Assembly: GCF_011745625.1 (NCBI RefSeq)
Contig: NW_027191478.1
Location: 62,001-126,000, forward strand
Reading direction: 5' to 3'
From: Cladosporium halotolerans
Taxonomy: Eukaryota
DNA: 64,000 nucleotides
Made by a program: the position numbers and the translations under genes. The number at the start of each line of letters is the position of its first letter. The stretch's first letter is position 1. The notes beneath the pieces were generated by a model, which saw only the letters and a program-made list of their open reading frames with translations, was not told the DNA's origin and made no database searches. This document shows, piece after piece, positions 47,414 to 59,352 of the stretch.

Positions 47414-49317
47414 ATGCCGGCTTCAATCAGCACGGTTTTCACGGACGACACATGCTCCACCCAGCCGACGACGATAATGGCTTCACGAGCGTCGTCTCGA
47501 TTCGTTAGCAACGTCAAGCAGTCCCTCCCGAACACATTGTACTCCCTGCGCAACAACGGCAACCTCGCCCCGTCCTTCTCCTCCAAGATCAACACGTACT
47601 CCACCCCGAAGCCAAGCACAATGGCAGTCCCACTCGATCCTCTCAAGCCATTCGCCTGCAACAAAGCCGGCTGCTACAACTCCTTCGACACCGAAAAGGA
47701 GCTGAAACACCACAAGGTCGACGACCCGACGCATTTCTACTGCAAGAAATGCGACGTCGACTGCGAAGACTGGGCGGCTCTGACCCAGCACAAAGTCGAC
47801 TCCATGGCTCCGTTCCTGGAGCTGAGAAACAACACTTTGCCCGATGGCGCAAAGCTCAAGCACATTGTTTGCGAGTTCTGCGGAGAGGATTTCAAGAGTA
47901 TGGGCGGGAGGCAACTGCACCGTGAGACTGTAAGTTTTGATGCTAATTTATCCTTCTTGATCCATGCAATATGCTAATCGTTCAACTCCAGCGCCACAGA
48001 GGTTCGCAAGAAATCAAATGCCCCGGCTGCCCGGCTATCTTTGTCCGCGCGGCGTTCTTGATTGGTCACATTGAGAATGACGAATGCGAGACTATCAGAG
48101 GACATGAGTTGATCGCGCACATTCAGCACAAGTACGTCAAGAAGGAGATCATGAAAGATCTGTGCGGCCTCGCAGAGAATCTCAAGCTCAACGGCCCATC
48201 CGAGACGCCCGGTTTGATCCAAGACGATGATGTTAGTGCGATAGAGGACGACACCCAGACCGAAGGAGGTGTTCAACTGCACAACGACTATGAAGAGAGC
48301 GAGTGTGGCGGTGTGCCTCTTGGGCCAAGATTTGAATCTATCGAGCTTGCTGGGAAGAAGGTTTCCCTGACGCGCAACAACCTCGAGACTTGGCCTCGCC
48401 TGCCTCATCAAACAGGCTCCTCTGTTCCGGACGATATCAGAAACAAGCAGATCGGCTCGCCTCCGCCATCGGTTATTCCCTCTGCCATCCCCGCTAAAGC
48501 TAGCGACTGGGCCGTACGCGCTGTGAGCCAGACTACCAGCCGTTGCGGCGGCGAAAAGGTCTATACGGAATCCTATCCTTCGCTGCCAGGCCGCCGCCAA
48601 GTCTCCCATGCATGCCATTCGATGGACGGCGATTCCTACAACGACGACGATGTTGTCTCAGTTTCCACGGCAAAGCCAGAGCACGTCCTAAGCAGACCCG
48701 CCGCGTGGACTACAGCCCAAACCTCCCGCGCCCTCTTCGGCGACGTCAACCCCACCGAAAACACCAAAGAGGCCGAAACCATCCTGGCCAGAAACAGAGA
48801 GGAGACCGAAAAGGCCCCGAACCTCATCCTCAACTCCCGCTGGTGGGACCCGTACAGCGACGAGTACAACCCCGAGCTCTTCAAAACGACCGCAGTCGGC
48901 AGCTATTCCTGCCCGTTCCCAGACTGCGACGCCGAAGTCTTCGGCTGCTCTGCCGACATCGAAACTCATCTCTTGCTTTGCCACACCAGAGTTCAGTACC
49001 GCTGCCCGGGCTGTCTGAAGCTGTTCCGCCGCGCGCAGGACTTGGTCGCGCACATCGAGGACACGCGCAAGTGCCCGATCAAGAAGTCGGAGAGCTTCAA
49101 ATCTGTATGTTCATCGACCAGCCCAGTCCTTCAAACTTGATGTGAAAATGCTGACCCAATTGCGCAGGTGCTCGACGAGATCAGCGGCGGCTTTCTCAAG
49201 GCGAAGCGTCTGCCACAGCCGGAGATTTTCAGGCCTGAGACGGCTGTCGTCAGGGCTGACAAGAAGGCCCTCGATGGGGTCTTGTCGCTCCAGTACTCGG
49301 CTCACATGCCGAAGTGA
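47414..49317 (+). CDS. Multi-C2H2 zinc-finger protein; 3 exons (to 47929, 47992-49104, 49168-49317); start could be 47414, 47477 or 47621
   Basis: About 6 CxxC..H fingers (FACNKAGC, YCKKC, CEFC, CPGC, CPFPDC, CPGC). Introns 47930-47991 and 49105-49167 are canonical. The last exon reads VLDEISGGFL...MPK*. Confidence 0.85.
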
Positions 49318-49571
49318 GCATTGGTTGCGAGAATCAAAAGTGTTTCCTCTCTGGTATTCGACCCCAATGCCGATTTGAGTGGGAGCAAAGGTTTCAGGAA
49401 GCGAGAGAAATGTCGTGTCGTGTCGTGCCAGGAGCAGCAAACCTGCCCCCCCAAAACCAGTGAGGAGCACGCCAGAACTAGTCCGACGTCTCCCGAGTAG
49501 CTAGCATCAGAAGATCCCCCTCTCTCCATCCCTTCCATCCATCCCTCTCTCAATTTCCATACCAGCTCAAA

Positions 49572-50657
49572 TCACGACGCAGCCCCAACCCCCTGCATAG
49601 TCCTCACACACCCCCAACACAACCGGCTCCTCTCCGGCGCCGCGCCCTCCAGCGGCACATCACACAGCTCGCACCCCAGCTCTCCTGCCCCGACCTCTCT
49701 CGCCTGCAACTTACTCGTCGTGCGCACGACGTTCGCCACGATGGAGGGGTACTCCTCCTCGACGCCGGCGAAGTAGCCGCGCGTCAGCGCGTCGATCGTC
49801 GAGTTCTTCATCGCCGCCGGGGCTGCTTGGGATTCGCTGGCGGTGCGAAGGAAGGGCGTCAGGGGGGGTTCGGCAAAGGCGACGAAGGGGACGAGTTCTT
49901 TGGACAGGAGGTCGCGGAGGGGGTGGTAGGTTGGGATCTCGCCCTGGCCGTCGCCTGCCTCGGAGGGAGTGGGAGCGGAAGAGATGGGCCCGTCGCTCAC
50001 GAGCCAGGGAACCGCGAAGCCGCGGCCTTTGGCTGTTTCTGCGAGCGCGCGCTCGGCGAGGCGGGTTGTGCTGTCGCCGAGGAGGATGGCGGCGCTGTGG
50101 GTTTCGCGGGCGTGGTGGGCGATGAGTTTGCGGAGGAGGTGGGCGGAGAGGTCGGCGCGGGCGGTGGGGGTGGGGAGGGTGGAGAGGAGGGAGGCGAGGG
50201 ATGAGGGGGGTTGGAGGGTGGAGGGGAGGAGGTGCGGGAGGGAGGTTATGCTTGCTAGGGGCACGGCGGCGTAGGTGTGTTCTGGAAAACGGGACTGGAG
50301 TTGGTCGAGAAGGGGCTGGGCGGGGGGTTCGTCGGGTTGCTCGATGTGGAGGACGTGCAGCTTGAAGCCGGGGCGGCCGCTCTTGTCGATTTGGTTCTTG
50401 AGGTGGCGCGAGAGGGTGTAGAGGAGGGCGGTAGAGCAGGGGCCGAAGGAGAGCGGGAGCAGCAGCGTCTTCTCTTTGCCGGGTTCGGAGTTCTTGACGC
50501 GGAAGGTTTCCATCCGCTTGACGACTTTCGTCTGCACATATTTGTCGAAGCAGGCTTTGCACAGAGGCTCCGTCCGGACGGTGATGGCGGTGTCGGGTGA
50601 TTGGCAGCGTCGGCAGAGACTCTTGTCTGCAGGCGGTAGATTGCGTCGGCCGGCCAT
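49572..50657 (-). CDS. NCS2: Cytoplasmic tRNA 2-thiolation protein 2
   Basis: N-terminal CRRC..CKAC, LLLPLSFGPCSTALL, LLGDSTTRLAERALAETAKGRG, YPSIVANVVRT and a C-terminal CELC..CWGC. Confidence 0.92.
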   Translation of the reverse strand: MAGRRNLPPADKSLCRRCQSPDTAITVRTEPLCKACFDKYVQTKVVKRMETFRVKNSEPGKEKTLLLPLSFGPCSTALLYTLSRHLKNQIDKSGRPGFKLHVLHIEQPDEPPAQPLLDQLQSRFPEHTYAAVPLASITSLPHLLPSTLQPPSSLASLLSTLPTPTARADLSAHLLRKLIAHHARETHSAAILLGDSTTRLAERALAETAKGRGFAVPWLVSDGPISSAPTPSEAGDGQGEIPTYHPLRDLLSKELVPFVAFAEPPLTPFLRTASESQAAPAAMKNSTIDALTRGYFAGVEEEYPSIVANVVRTTSKLQAREVGAGELGCELCDVPLEGAAPERSRLCWGCVRTMQGVGAAS

Positions 50658-51952
50658 GGCGTGGTTGGTTGTGTTGTGGTGATAGGCTTTTTTAACCTTC
50701 GGTCTTCCAGTGCTCGCTCGGGGCTGGAGGCGTTACACTGCCTTATCTTCAAGACTGCGAGTGATGTACAGGGCTTAGTCACCCGCAGACAGCCCTGCGA
50801 ATTTGCGCACGGTCCGGCACGCTTTTCCGGGGCAGCAGGGCGAGGCAAATCCAGAGCAGACTCTGGGATTGTGGAGTACAGTAGTGGTGCCGTCGCGGGT
50901 AGGGCAAGGACGCGTACAATGATACAGCACCACAGGCACCACGAACGCCGTCCTTGCCTGACCGTGAAAATGCACAGTCGCAGGTGAAGATCGCCGGTCT
51001 CCAGCGTGCTAGTCGACCCAGCCCTGCTCGGCTGATCCTGTATGTAGATGCTGTGACGACTCGAGTCGCAAGCGGTCGTTGCCAAGTCGTCTCTTCCGAG
51101 CCAAGGACGAACGCTCTCTTGGCGTACGTGGTGAGAATCTTGAAGTCGGGATGCGTGCTTGGGCCGGGGACGAAGTAGGTTGGAAGTATCGCGTGCTCAG
51201 ACACCAGACGATCCAGACAGCCACGTGGAAAATATTACACGGATTGATACATGCTTCAATACCTGCCAACTGCCAACCATCATCAATCAATCGTCCCCAG
51301 TACCGACCGACACTCGGCTCCGCGAGAACTACGGCCCAGCGGTCGGATCAACAAGGCGGCACCAGCAGCCGCAGTCAGCGGCCGTGGACGCCACCCACCC
51401 ACCCACCCTTGCCCTGCATCGTCATTGCTCAAGGGCCGCTATAAGGTTCGCGGGCGCTCGTCTGGCCCGTTGCTGCAATCGCGCGAAGTCTTTGCTATCC
51501 GTCTTGTCTCTCCCATATAACCGTCCAAGCTCTTTTGCTTGACCGACTTGCCACGCCCGCCGCTCCACGCGAGCCTGAGACACGACGCCGCGACTGGGCA
51601 TAAGCAATTCCCCCAACTCCACCGACCAAGGAACTAGCGTTGCCGACGAAATCACGCTCCTCTTGGCTCCTCTTGAATCTCCGCCACTGTTCTTGTCCTG
51701 CTCGTCTCGTCGCCTCTCGACCTGCGCGGAACAACACACCACACACTGCCAATTGAGGCCTTCTGGAGCGGCGACTGGGCGCACCCGAGTACCTGCATGC
51801 ATCCGCGTCTCACAGCCCGCTTTCGCCTCAACCGCAGCACGGCCGCATCAAACTACGACTCGCGACTGCGACTGCACGCGACTACATAAAGAGGCGGACC
51901 CACACTGTACATATAGCCTTGCAGAAGTCTAGAAGGTGGACTGCTGCACAAC

Positions 51953-54900
51953 ATGGCGTGGGAGCACTTGGAGATCAACCGACCTCATTTGGTCTACATC
52001 ATCCTCGGCGGTTTCACCACGCTGTTCATGCTGTGTTCCTCGGTGATTAAAGAGCGCTTGTACATCGGCGAGGCCACAGTCGCGACCATTTGCGGTATCA
52101 TCTTCGGACCGCATGCGGCGAATCTGATCAATCCCCTTACTTGGGGCAACACAGATCAGATTACGCTCGAGTTCTCTCGCATCGTCTTGGTGGTACAATG
52201 TTTTGCCGTCGGCGTCGAATTGCCCAAGGCATACATGGAACGCCACTGGAAGTCTGTCACCTTTTTGCTCGTGCCTGTCATGACTTTTGGTTGGCTCATT
52301 ACAAGTCTGTTCATTTGGGGTCTTTTCGGTGGCCATCTGAACTGGCTGGACAGCCTGTGTTGCGCAGCCTGCGTCACTGCCACCGATCCTGTGCTGGCGT
52401 CTTCCGTCGTCGGTAAAGGCAAGTTCGCCAAGCGTGTGCCCAAGCATCTTCGAGATCTGCTGTCGGCCGAATCTGGCTGCAACGACGGCATGGCCTTCCC
52501 TTTTATTTACCTTGCGGTTTACATCATCCGTTACAAGGGACACCCGGAGGAAGTCGCCCTCCACTGGTTCTGCTACACCATTCTTTACGAATGTATCTTC
52601 GGCGCGATCTTCGGAGTTACAATTGGCTACATCGCGCGTCGCGCTGTGCGTGCTGCACACGAACGGGATATGATAGACAGGGAGTCTTTCCTCGTTTTCT
52701 ACTTCGTCCTCGCGCTCTTCTGCGCCGGCGCTGGGTCTATCCTCGGTGCCGATGACCTACTGATTGGTTTCGCAGCTGGTGTGGGCTTCAGTAACGACGG
52801 CTGGTTTACCGAGAAGACTGAAGAATCCCACGTCTCGAACGTTATCGACTTGTTGATCAACTTGGCATTCTTCGTCTACTTTGGCACTATTGTTCCTTGG
52901 GACCAGTTCAATGCCCACCAGCTCGGTCTGGATGTCTGGCGACTTGTCGTCCTTGCACTGTTGGTGCTTTTCTTCCGACGCATTCCAATCATGCTCGCGC
53001 TGAAACCAGTAATACCGGACATCAAGACGTGGCGTGAGGCGCTCTTTGCCGGTCACTTCGGCCCCATCGGTGTCGGTGCCATCTTCGTCGCCATTCTCGC
53101 CAGAGCAGAACTCGAGTCCGAGCATGGCTCGACAACGCCACTTGCTGTCTTGCCACCTGACGGCTTTCCTCACGAGAACATTATCGAACTCATTTGGCCT
53201 ATCACGACATTCTTGGTCATCACCTCGATTATCGTCCACGGCTCTTCGATCGCAGTATTTACACTCGGAAAGCACATCAACACCCTCACCCTCACCATGT
53301 CTTACACTCAAGCCAACGACAACGGCCCCTCCTGGATGGAGCGCCTGCCTCGCATCCAATCTCGCTCCAAGAGCTCTATGTCTCTCGGCCGATACGACAC
53401 TGACATCGACGAGAAGGAAAGGACCCTGTCTCCAGACAACTTGCAGCCGGGAACTTTCCTGCGCCGCCAGCGCGAGGAAGACACGCCGCGACCCCGAGCT
53501 TCGAGCAGACACCGTTCCCGTCGCAGCAGAAACATCTCCAGCGGTGGACCGATCAGTGAATCTGCTATCCACCCCATTCGCAAAGACGAAAACGGCAATA
53601 CTACCAGTCGCAGCGACTCGGATACCCTCGCTGCCAAGACGGATTCGCCCCCTTCTTCTAACGACAACAACAAGGACGACGCGGCGGAGATCTACGAAGA
53701 AGGCAGCCACACGGTTTACGAAGATGCCGAGGGCAACGTGCTCGCCGTCGAGCCTACTCACGAGGGCGACACACCGAGGGAACGTGCGCAGTCTGAAATT
53801 GAAGAGGGCAAGCGTCTTATGCATAAGGAAGGCGCGGATCAAAACCGCGGCGTGGCGCCCACCATGGACGATCCGAACGACGATACTGCCCAAGAGACCA
53901 AGCGCAAGGCGTCCCAGGTCGCCGAGGGAGCGAAGGAAGCCGCGCAAGGCACAGAGAAGCCGAAGCGCCAGGGCCTGTCGAAGCAGGGCACCATGAACAA
54001 GATCACCACGCTCGCCGGCATGAAGAAGAAGGACAAGCCTGAGGGCGAGGCCAAAGCCAAGGCAGAAGCGAAGAGAGCCCAGGGCCCCGCCCGCGCCTAC
54101 CAGTACGGCAACACCATCATCGTCGAAGACGAAGACGGCGAGGTCATCAAGAAATACGACATCGGCCCCAACGCCGGCAAAGGCGACGCCGCGCCCGCAG
54201 GGCCCAACGCCACCCACAAGTCCTTCGGGCGCGGCCGCGTGGGCAAGATGCTCGGCATGGGCCACGGTCAGGGCAAAGGCGACGCCGCCGCCGCAGGCCC
54301 CTCGACCACAGGCGCCGACGGCTCCCAGCGCCCTCAGCCCGAGCGCCGCCGCACCTTCAAGAGCAGCAACGACAACGACAACCCGGACGACGACCTCGTC
54401 CGCTTCACCATGTCCTCCGGCGGCCGGCGCATGAGCAAAGCGGAATTCATCGACTCGATCAAAAGCATGGACCCGAAAGCCCGCGCGCGCGTCGTCGAGA
54501 ACTCCGACGTCCCCGAAGCCGTCAAGCGCGCCGCCCGCAAGGACGCCCGCGAGCACGCCGCCATCCAGCACGGCAACAGCCCGACCGCCGGCGTGCCCGT
54601 CGTGCCCGAGCAGCCGGCCGCCGAAGACGAAGGCTACTTCGGCTCCCAGCAGCAGGGCAAGAAACAGTCGCGCTCCGGCTCTGCCGGCGGCGTCCTGCAG
54701 CCCACGAGCCCCGGCGACGCGCACGACACGGAGCTCAAGCTCGTCGACTCGAACGAGCAGGAAATCCCCTTCCACGACGTCTCGGCCTCCGTGCGCCAAC
54801 AGCACGACAGCAGCAGGCCCGAAACGGCCGCCGAGCGCCGCCGCCGGCAGGCCTCGCGCGCCGCACAGCCGGACTCCGACAGCGAAGACGACGGCACGGA

Positions 54901-55156
54901 GCGCGTGCCTCCCCGGCCGTCCGGGCGCGCCGCGCCGCAGGCGGAAGAAGACGACAACGACGACGCGACGGAGACGGCGGCGGAGAAGAGGCGGCGCATC
55001 GGGGCGCTGGGCGTGTCGGCGCAGGAGGACAGCGACAGCGAGGAAGAGGCGCAGCGGGGCGGCGGGAGCGCCGGGGCCGCGACGGCGCCGCCGCAGGCGT
55101 CGTCGGGGTTCCATAGGCAGAGCACGCTGAAGTGGGGGAAGAATGTTAAGGGTTGA
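51953..55156 (+). CDS. NHA1: Plasma-membrane Na+(K+)/H+ antiporter with a long hydrophilic C-tail
   Basis: KERLYIGEA, ATDPVLASSVVGKG, ESGCNDG, DDLL, GHFGPIGVGA and SIIVHGSS. Intronless, 1067 aa. Confidence 0.96.
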   Translation: MAWEHLEINRPHLVYIILGGFTTLFMLCSSVIKERLYIGEATVATICGIIFGPHAANLINPLTWGNTDQITLEFSRIVLVVQCFAVGVELPKAYMERHWKSVTFLLVPVMTFGWLITSLFIWGLFGGHLNWLDSLCCAACVTATDPVLASSVVGKGKFAKRVPKHLRDLLSAESGCNDGMAFPFIYLAVYIIRYKGHPEEVALHWFCYTILYECIFGAIFGVTIGYIARRAVRAAHERDMIDRESFLVFYFVLALFCAGAGSILGADDLLIGFAAGVGFSNDGWFTEKTEESHVSNVIDLLINLAFFVYFGTIVPWDQFNAHQLGLDVWRLVVLALLVLFFRRIPIMLALKPVIPDIKTWREALFAGHFGPIGVGAIFVAILARAELESEHGSTTPLAVLPPDGFPHENIIELIWPITTFLVITSIIVHGSSIAVFTLGKHINTLTLTMSYTQANDNGPSWMERLPRIQSRSKSSMSLGRYDTDIDEKERTLSPDNLQPGTFLRRQREEDTPRPRASSRHRSRRSRNISSGGPISESAIHPIRKDENGNTTSRSDSDTLAAKTDSPPSSNDNNKDDAAEIYEEGSHTVYEDAEGNVLAVEPTHEGDTPRERAQSEIEEGKRLMHKEGADQNRGVAPTMDDPNDDTAQETKRKASQVAEGAKEAAQGTEKPKRQGLSKQGTMNKITTLAGMKKKDKPEGEAKAKAEAKRAQGPARAYQYGNTIIVEDEDGEVIKKYDIGPNAGKGDAAPAGPNATHKSFGRGRVGKMLGMGHGQGKGDAAAAGPSTTGADGSQRPQPERRRTFKSSNDNDNPDDDLVRFTMSSGGRRMSKAEFIDSIKSMDPKARARVVENSDVPEAVKRAARKDAREHAAIQHGNSPTAGVPVVPEQPAAEDEGYFGSQQQGKKQSRSGSAGGVLQPTSPGDAHDTELKLVDSNEQEIPFHDVSASVRQQHDSSRPETAAERRRRQASRAAQPDSDSEDDGTERVPPRPSGRAAPQAEEDDNDDATETAAEKRRRIGALGVSAQEDSDSEEEAQRGGGSAGAATAPPQASSGFHRQSTLKWGKNVKG

Positions 55157-56059
55157 TTGAGGGAGGACCTGTGTAAGGATGGGATTTGGTTTGGGTTCTT
55201 GTATAATGATTGTTTCTTTTTTTCTGTCTGTCTCGTGTAGGTCTGGGCATCTTTGCTTGTGAATTTCGCTTGCGCGGCATTTGTGTCTGTTTGGGGATAT
55301 CTTAGCGCTGGCATGGGCTTGGAATGATGAGCAGCAGCATAGCGTGAAACGACGACTAGTGATTTTGTCTCGAGATGCTACATAGAGCTATACAAACGGC
55401 CGAAAATGCGCTTTGAATCTGCACTTGCTCCACAATCAATCGTCGCTTGTGATTCCGGTCGCTCGTGTCGTGTACGTGTTGTCGTTGCCGTGGGGGTACC
55501 TGTGATTTCCCTGACACAGAATGTCGCCCTGGCTGTCAGTGAGGTGAAGGCGCGCGATAAATCAAGGAAAGAGACTCGTCATGGCATGAACGTAACACGA
55601 GAAAAGGAAAATCGTGAAGAGAGGCATCGTCAAGTATCGTGAAAGCGCGGTGCTGAGAAAGAAAGACCGCAGCGCGTGCTGTTGGTCTCCCCTGCAATAC
55701 AAGTATTAATAGTTCTGTCTCCGGGCCTCTTCCGCAGTTCAGAATGCCCTGCTCCTTCCCGCATCAAAAGATGATGCTTTTTCCCAAACGCTAAATTGCA
55801 AGTTAGATCATTCGTCTGCAAGTGGAAGCAGAAAGCAAGAAAAGAGTAATAGAATCGTTACACAGAAAAAAACGCCGCCCCAGATGCAAGATAGTAACAG
55901 AACAACGGAAGAAAGGCTGAGAGTCGTAGAAATTAAGGCGAGAACTTTCGGGACTCGAACGAAAAAAGAGAAAAGACGAGAGATTCGAGAAGTACGAATT
56001 TCCTCTTTTGTCTTGTTTCGAAAGAAGTGAAGACGAGATCGACAACGAAAAATCCGCGA

Positions 56060-57243
56060 TCAGTAGCCGCCGTACGTGCTGTTTCGGTGGCCATACTGTT
56101 GCTGGTGGTAGCTGCTGGAGGCGAAGTCGGAGTTGTCGTAGAAGGTGTTGCGGCGAACATCGGAGTCGTCGCCGTGGGAGAGAAGATCCTTGACTTCCCA
56201 GTTGTTTGGCCGTTGGCCGACAGAAAATTCGAGGTCTTCTTGGGTGATGGCGTCCCAGAACTGGAGAATTTGTTAGTTTGAAAAATGACAAGACGGATGG
56301 ACGTAAATTTACCTTGTAAACCATCATGACTGCAAGCAGGTTCAAGAGAGTCGCAAAGAAGAGACCGTCCATGTAGTGCTGCACGTTGTCGCAGATGGTC
56401 TCCGAGAATGCGTAAAGCAGAATCTGTCCGATGACAAAAGCTGCAACGCCGAATCCAATGTGCCACAGCGGCCAACGCTCCTGCAGGGTGCCCATAACTA
56501 GCATAATCTGCATGACGATGTAGACGAAGAGGAAGATGGCCGAGAAGATGTAGACAACCACGAAAAGTGCGACGGTGCTGTCCGGGCTCAGGCCACCCCA
56601 GCCCTTGAAGGTGAGCAAGGCGACCACAAAGCTGATGATGAACATGGACAAGCTGCAGATGCGCAGCAGCCAGACCGACAGAGTGGTGCCATCCTCATAG
56701 AGCTGGAACCCAACGAAGCCGTTGATCATCAAGCAAATGCAGGTCGAACTTGCGAGGCCGCACTGTACAGCAACGAAGTAGGGGTAGGCATCCGATCCAG
56801 GTGGTACGACGCCGCAGTCGATGATGAGCGAGCAGATTGTGAGGAGCGTGTAGAGGTAGAAGAATGTTGTGATTTCCTTGCGGCCTGTAATATCCGAGTT
56901 AGCATGAAAACCTTCTTTTCTGTAGCTTTCCCAGACTGCTCCTTTTCCGTGATTCCGACCTCTCCACGTATGCTTGCTTCTCTCGACTCCAGTTTTTAGA
57001 CGTACCGACGGCGGTGAATTTGCTTCTGACGTGAATGATCATGATCACGAGCATGATCAGGGCTATGATGTGGGCAAACCCGGCGGCGCCCTGGAAGATG
57101 ATGGTGTTTGCCAGCTCGATGGACCGGGAGTAGCATTGCGACTGGGTGAAGTGGCTTCCAGTGATGGGCGACTGAGAGCCCACGAGAGGGCAGAGCGGCA
57201 GAGGTGTGCTATCGCATATCGAGGAGAAGTCGCCGAAGGCCAT
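56060..57243 (-). CDS. CHS7: Chitin synthase export chaperone; 3 exons (57243-57006, 56884-56313, 56260-56060)
   Basis: MAFGDFSSIC..PLPLC, CYSRSIELANTIIF, KFTAVG|RKEI, NGFVGFQLYEDGT and AVMMVYK|FWDAITQEDLEFSVG. Canonical introns at 57005-56885 and 56312-56261. Confidence 0.95.
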
Positions 57244-57739
57244 GGTGACGGCGTGGGCGTGAGCGAGTGTGAGGGCGGAGGTGTCGAGGTGTCGAGCAGG
57301 TGTCGACGCGTGGACGAGCTGCCAGCGGTGCAAAGATCGGTAGAGGTGTCGCAGAACGAAGGGCGCGGGCGTCGACGAGCGCGGGCGGGCGATATGTAAC
57401 GAGAGTGAATGCGCGTGGCCGGTGTCTTCAATTCGCGCGGTTGAAGCGCCAGAGAGGAGGCAGGGACGTGGCTAGGAGAGGCAGCACGGGCCGGCTTGTT
57501 GCCCCGGCGCCCTATGTATAGCGCAAAAGCGCGCTAACGCCACCCGCCATCGCTTGCCCTACCATGCGAACACGCCGCTCCCGCATAACGGTCGTACGTG
57601 ACGACAGGAGTTCGCGTCTTGCGCAATACTAATGCGCATCGCACCAAGCCATTGTTCCGAACGCCCTGCATGATGCAACTGCGCCGTTGATATTTCATTA
57701 CTGATCAGCAAAGCACACTACCGCAACGGTATTGGCATT

Positions 57740-58183
57740 TCAGGACAAGTTATTTAGCAGCTCAAGCCCTTTCATGCCAATAAGAATCAACACTCCAGCA
57801 ACGCAGAGGGCAATTGTTCCACCATTTTCATCCGACGACCGCCAATTGGGCCAGTTCTCGAAGACAAATTTGGCCGAGGAGCTCATCAGGGTCAAACTCC
57901 ACGCTATGCTGCACGAATCCGTCGGAGTCATTGGTACTCGAAAGTGGGCACTTGCACTTGTGAGGATATAGATGGCAGAGATCAGCGGGCCAGTGAGGCT
58001 ACAGGATGTTAAACTTTACAGTATCTGTCGAAGTAAGAGACTGCGGCGTACCTAAGAGAGCAAAGACCCAGTCCGATTATGATGGTCGAGATGATCCTGA
58101 CGGTTGCTGGACATGTGTGAGTCAACGCCGCACACGTATCAGGGGCCATTCTTACCTGGATTCTCTTGAATTCGGTACAGCAT
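57740..58183 (-). CDS. Putative small multi-pass membrane protein (113 aa); 3 exons (58183-58156, 58106-58052, 57998-57740)
   Basis: Two canonical introns (GTAAGA..CAG, 49 nt; GTACGC..TTAAC..TAG, 53 nt) splice into one open frame with three hydrophobic segments. Start codon uncertain. Confidence 0.55.
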
Positions 58184-59326
58184 TCGATCGATGCTGTCTC
58201 TGGCATTTTGGATTGCCTGAGATAGAGTGGTAAGAGGATTGAGGGGTGGCTTGGAGGCTGGTGTGCCCTCCGTTATATCACACTACCAGCGCAGACTTGA
58301 TCTGCCGCTCATCCGAGTTCCTTGCAACCCAAATGTTGACAGTGGAGATGATGGAAGAATCCGAAACGATGACCTGAACTAGCGGAGACGCGAAGGATGC
58401 ACTTTCTAAACACCGTGCTCTCTAGTGCTGGAAATTGATAAGTGCAACAAGAACCGATGTGTACCCGCGGTAACAATCAACATCTCAGGTCAAAAGATCG
58501 CTCAGAGTGGCCACCTGATCATCGCAAAATTATGCGAATATCGTTCTTCCATATCTGCAAACAATTGCGGTCCACTATCCATACGTATCCGGGAAAGCGC
58601 TGCGACTGAGACCGAAGGATTCATGAGGTAGTGCTGTCAATACTGTGGACTGTAGTATGCCTGGTGTCTGCCATGGCAATTGACCATTGTGGCCATGGTC
58701 GACCGATTGCCGGACGAGAAACGCCAGTGGTAGGTCATGCATACACCCGCACTTGTCAAATGTTAAATCTGAGTTGGAAGCATGTCAAGTCTCCCGGCCC
58801 AAGGGCTATCTGCCGCCGTCGCTCCGCGGTAGCGAAACGCGTAACTTCACGTCCCATCACATGCGTGACACCGCGCGCAAAAGCGCAAGAGAGCGAGATT
58901 GATGATTGGGCACGGAAGTAAAGACGCTAGCGGATGCTCGCATATTGGAGAAAGTCGAGTCAATTTTATTATTTTATTTTCAAAGCCGCGAGCGCGCGCG
59001 CGTATATTCGCCAAAACCGCTACTTCACTTCACCTAGACGATGGGGGGCGAGCTCGGTATCTTATTTGTCGGTCAGCAGCGGTTGCTAGTGGGATGTTGC
59101 ATATGGCAGAATCTCGAGTCAACAGTTATCTATTTTATTTATTGTTTGTTCTTTCGGAGAAGACGGTATAAAGATGTCGCCTCGCTCCCTGAGATCCTTA
59201 GATGGGGAGGAGCATACATGCTTTCGAGGGAACAAAAGCAGCTGCGACACTGCCTAACCTGTAGACACGACAGCATTCCAAAATCGACATAGCAGCCGAT
59301 TCGAAGGGGCCATGCTGGGATGAAAC

Positions 59327-59352
59327 TGACACGTGAGGTGATTTTTTATTGG
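59327..59352. promoter_or_regulatory. Candidate UPR element (TGACACGTGA) plus inverted CCAAT upstream of the PDI gene
   Basis: ACGT-core bZIP/bHLH-type site at 59327-59336 and ATTGG at 59348-59352, about 200 bp before the ATG, with TATAAA near 59486. PDI genes are established HacA targets; function of this site is inferred. Confidence 0.4.

Noticed and set aside
57512..57521. Rlm1-like CTATGTATAG upstream of CHS7
   Set aside because: It mismatches CTA(W)4TAG and could equally be a TATA-like element.
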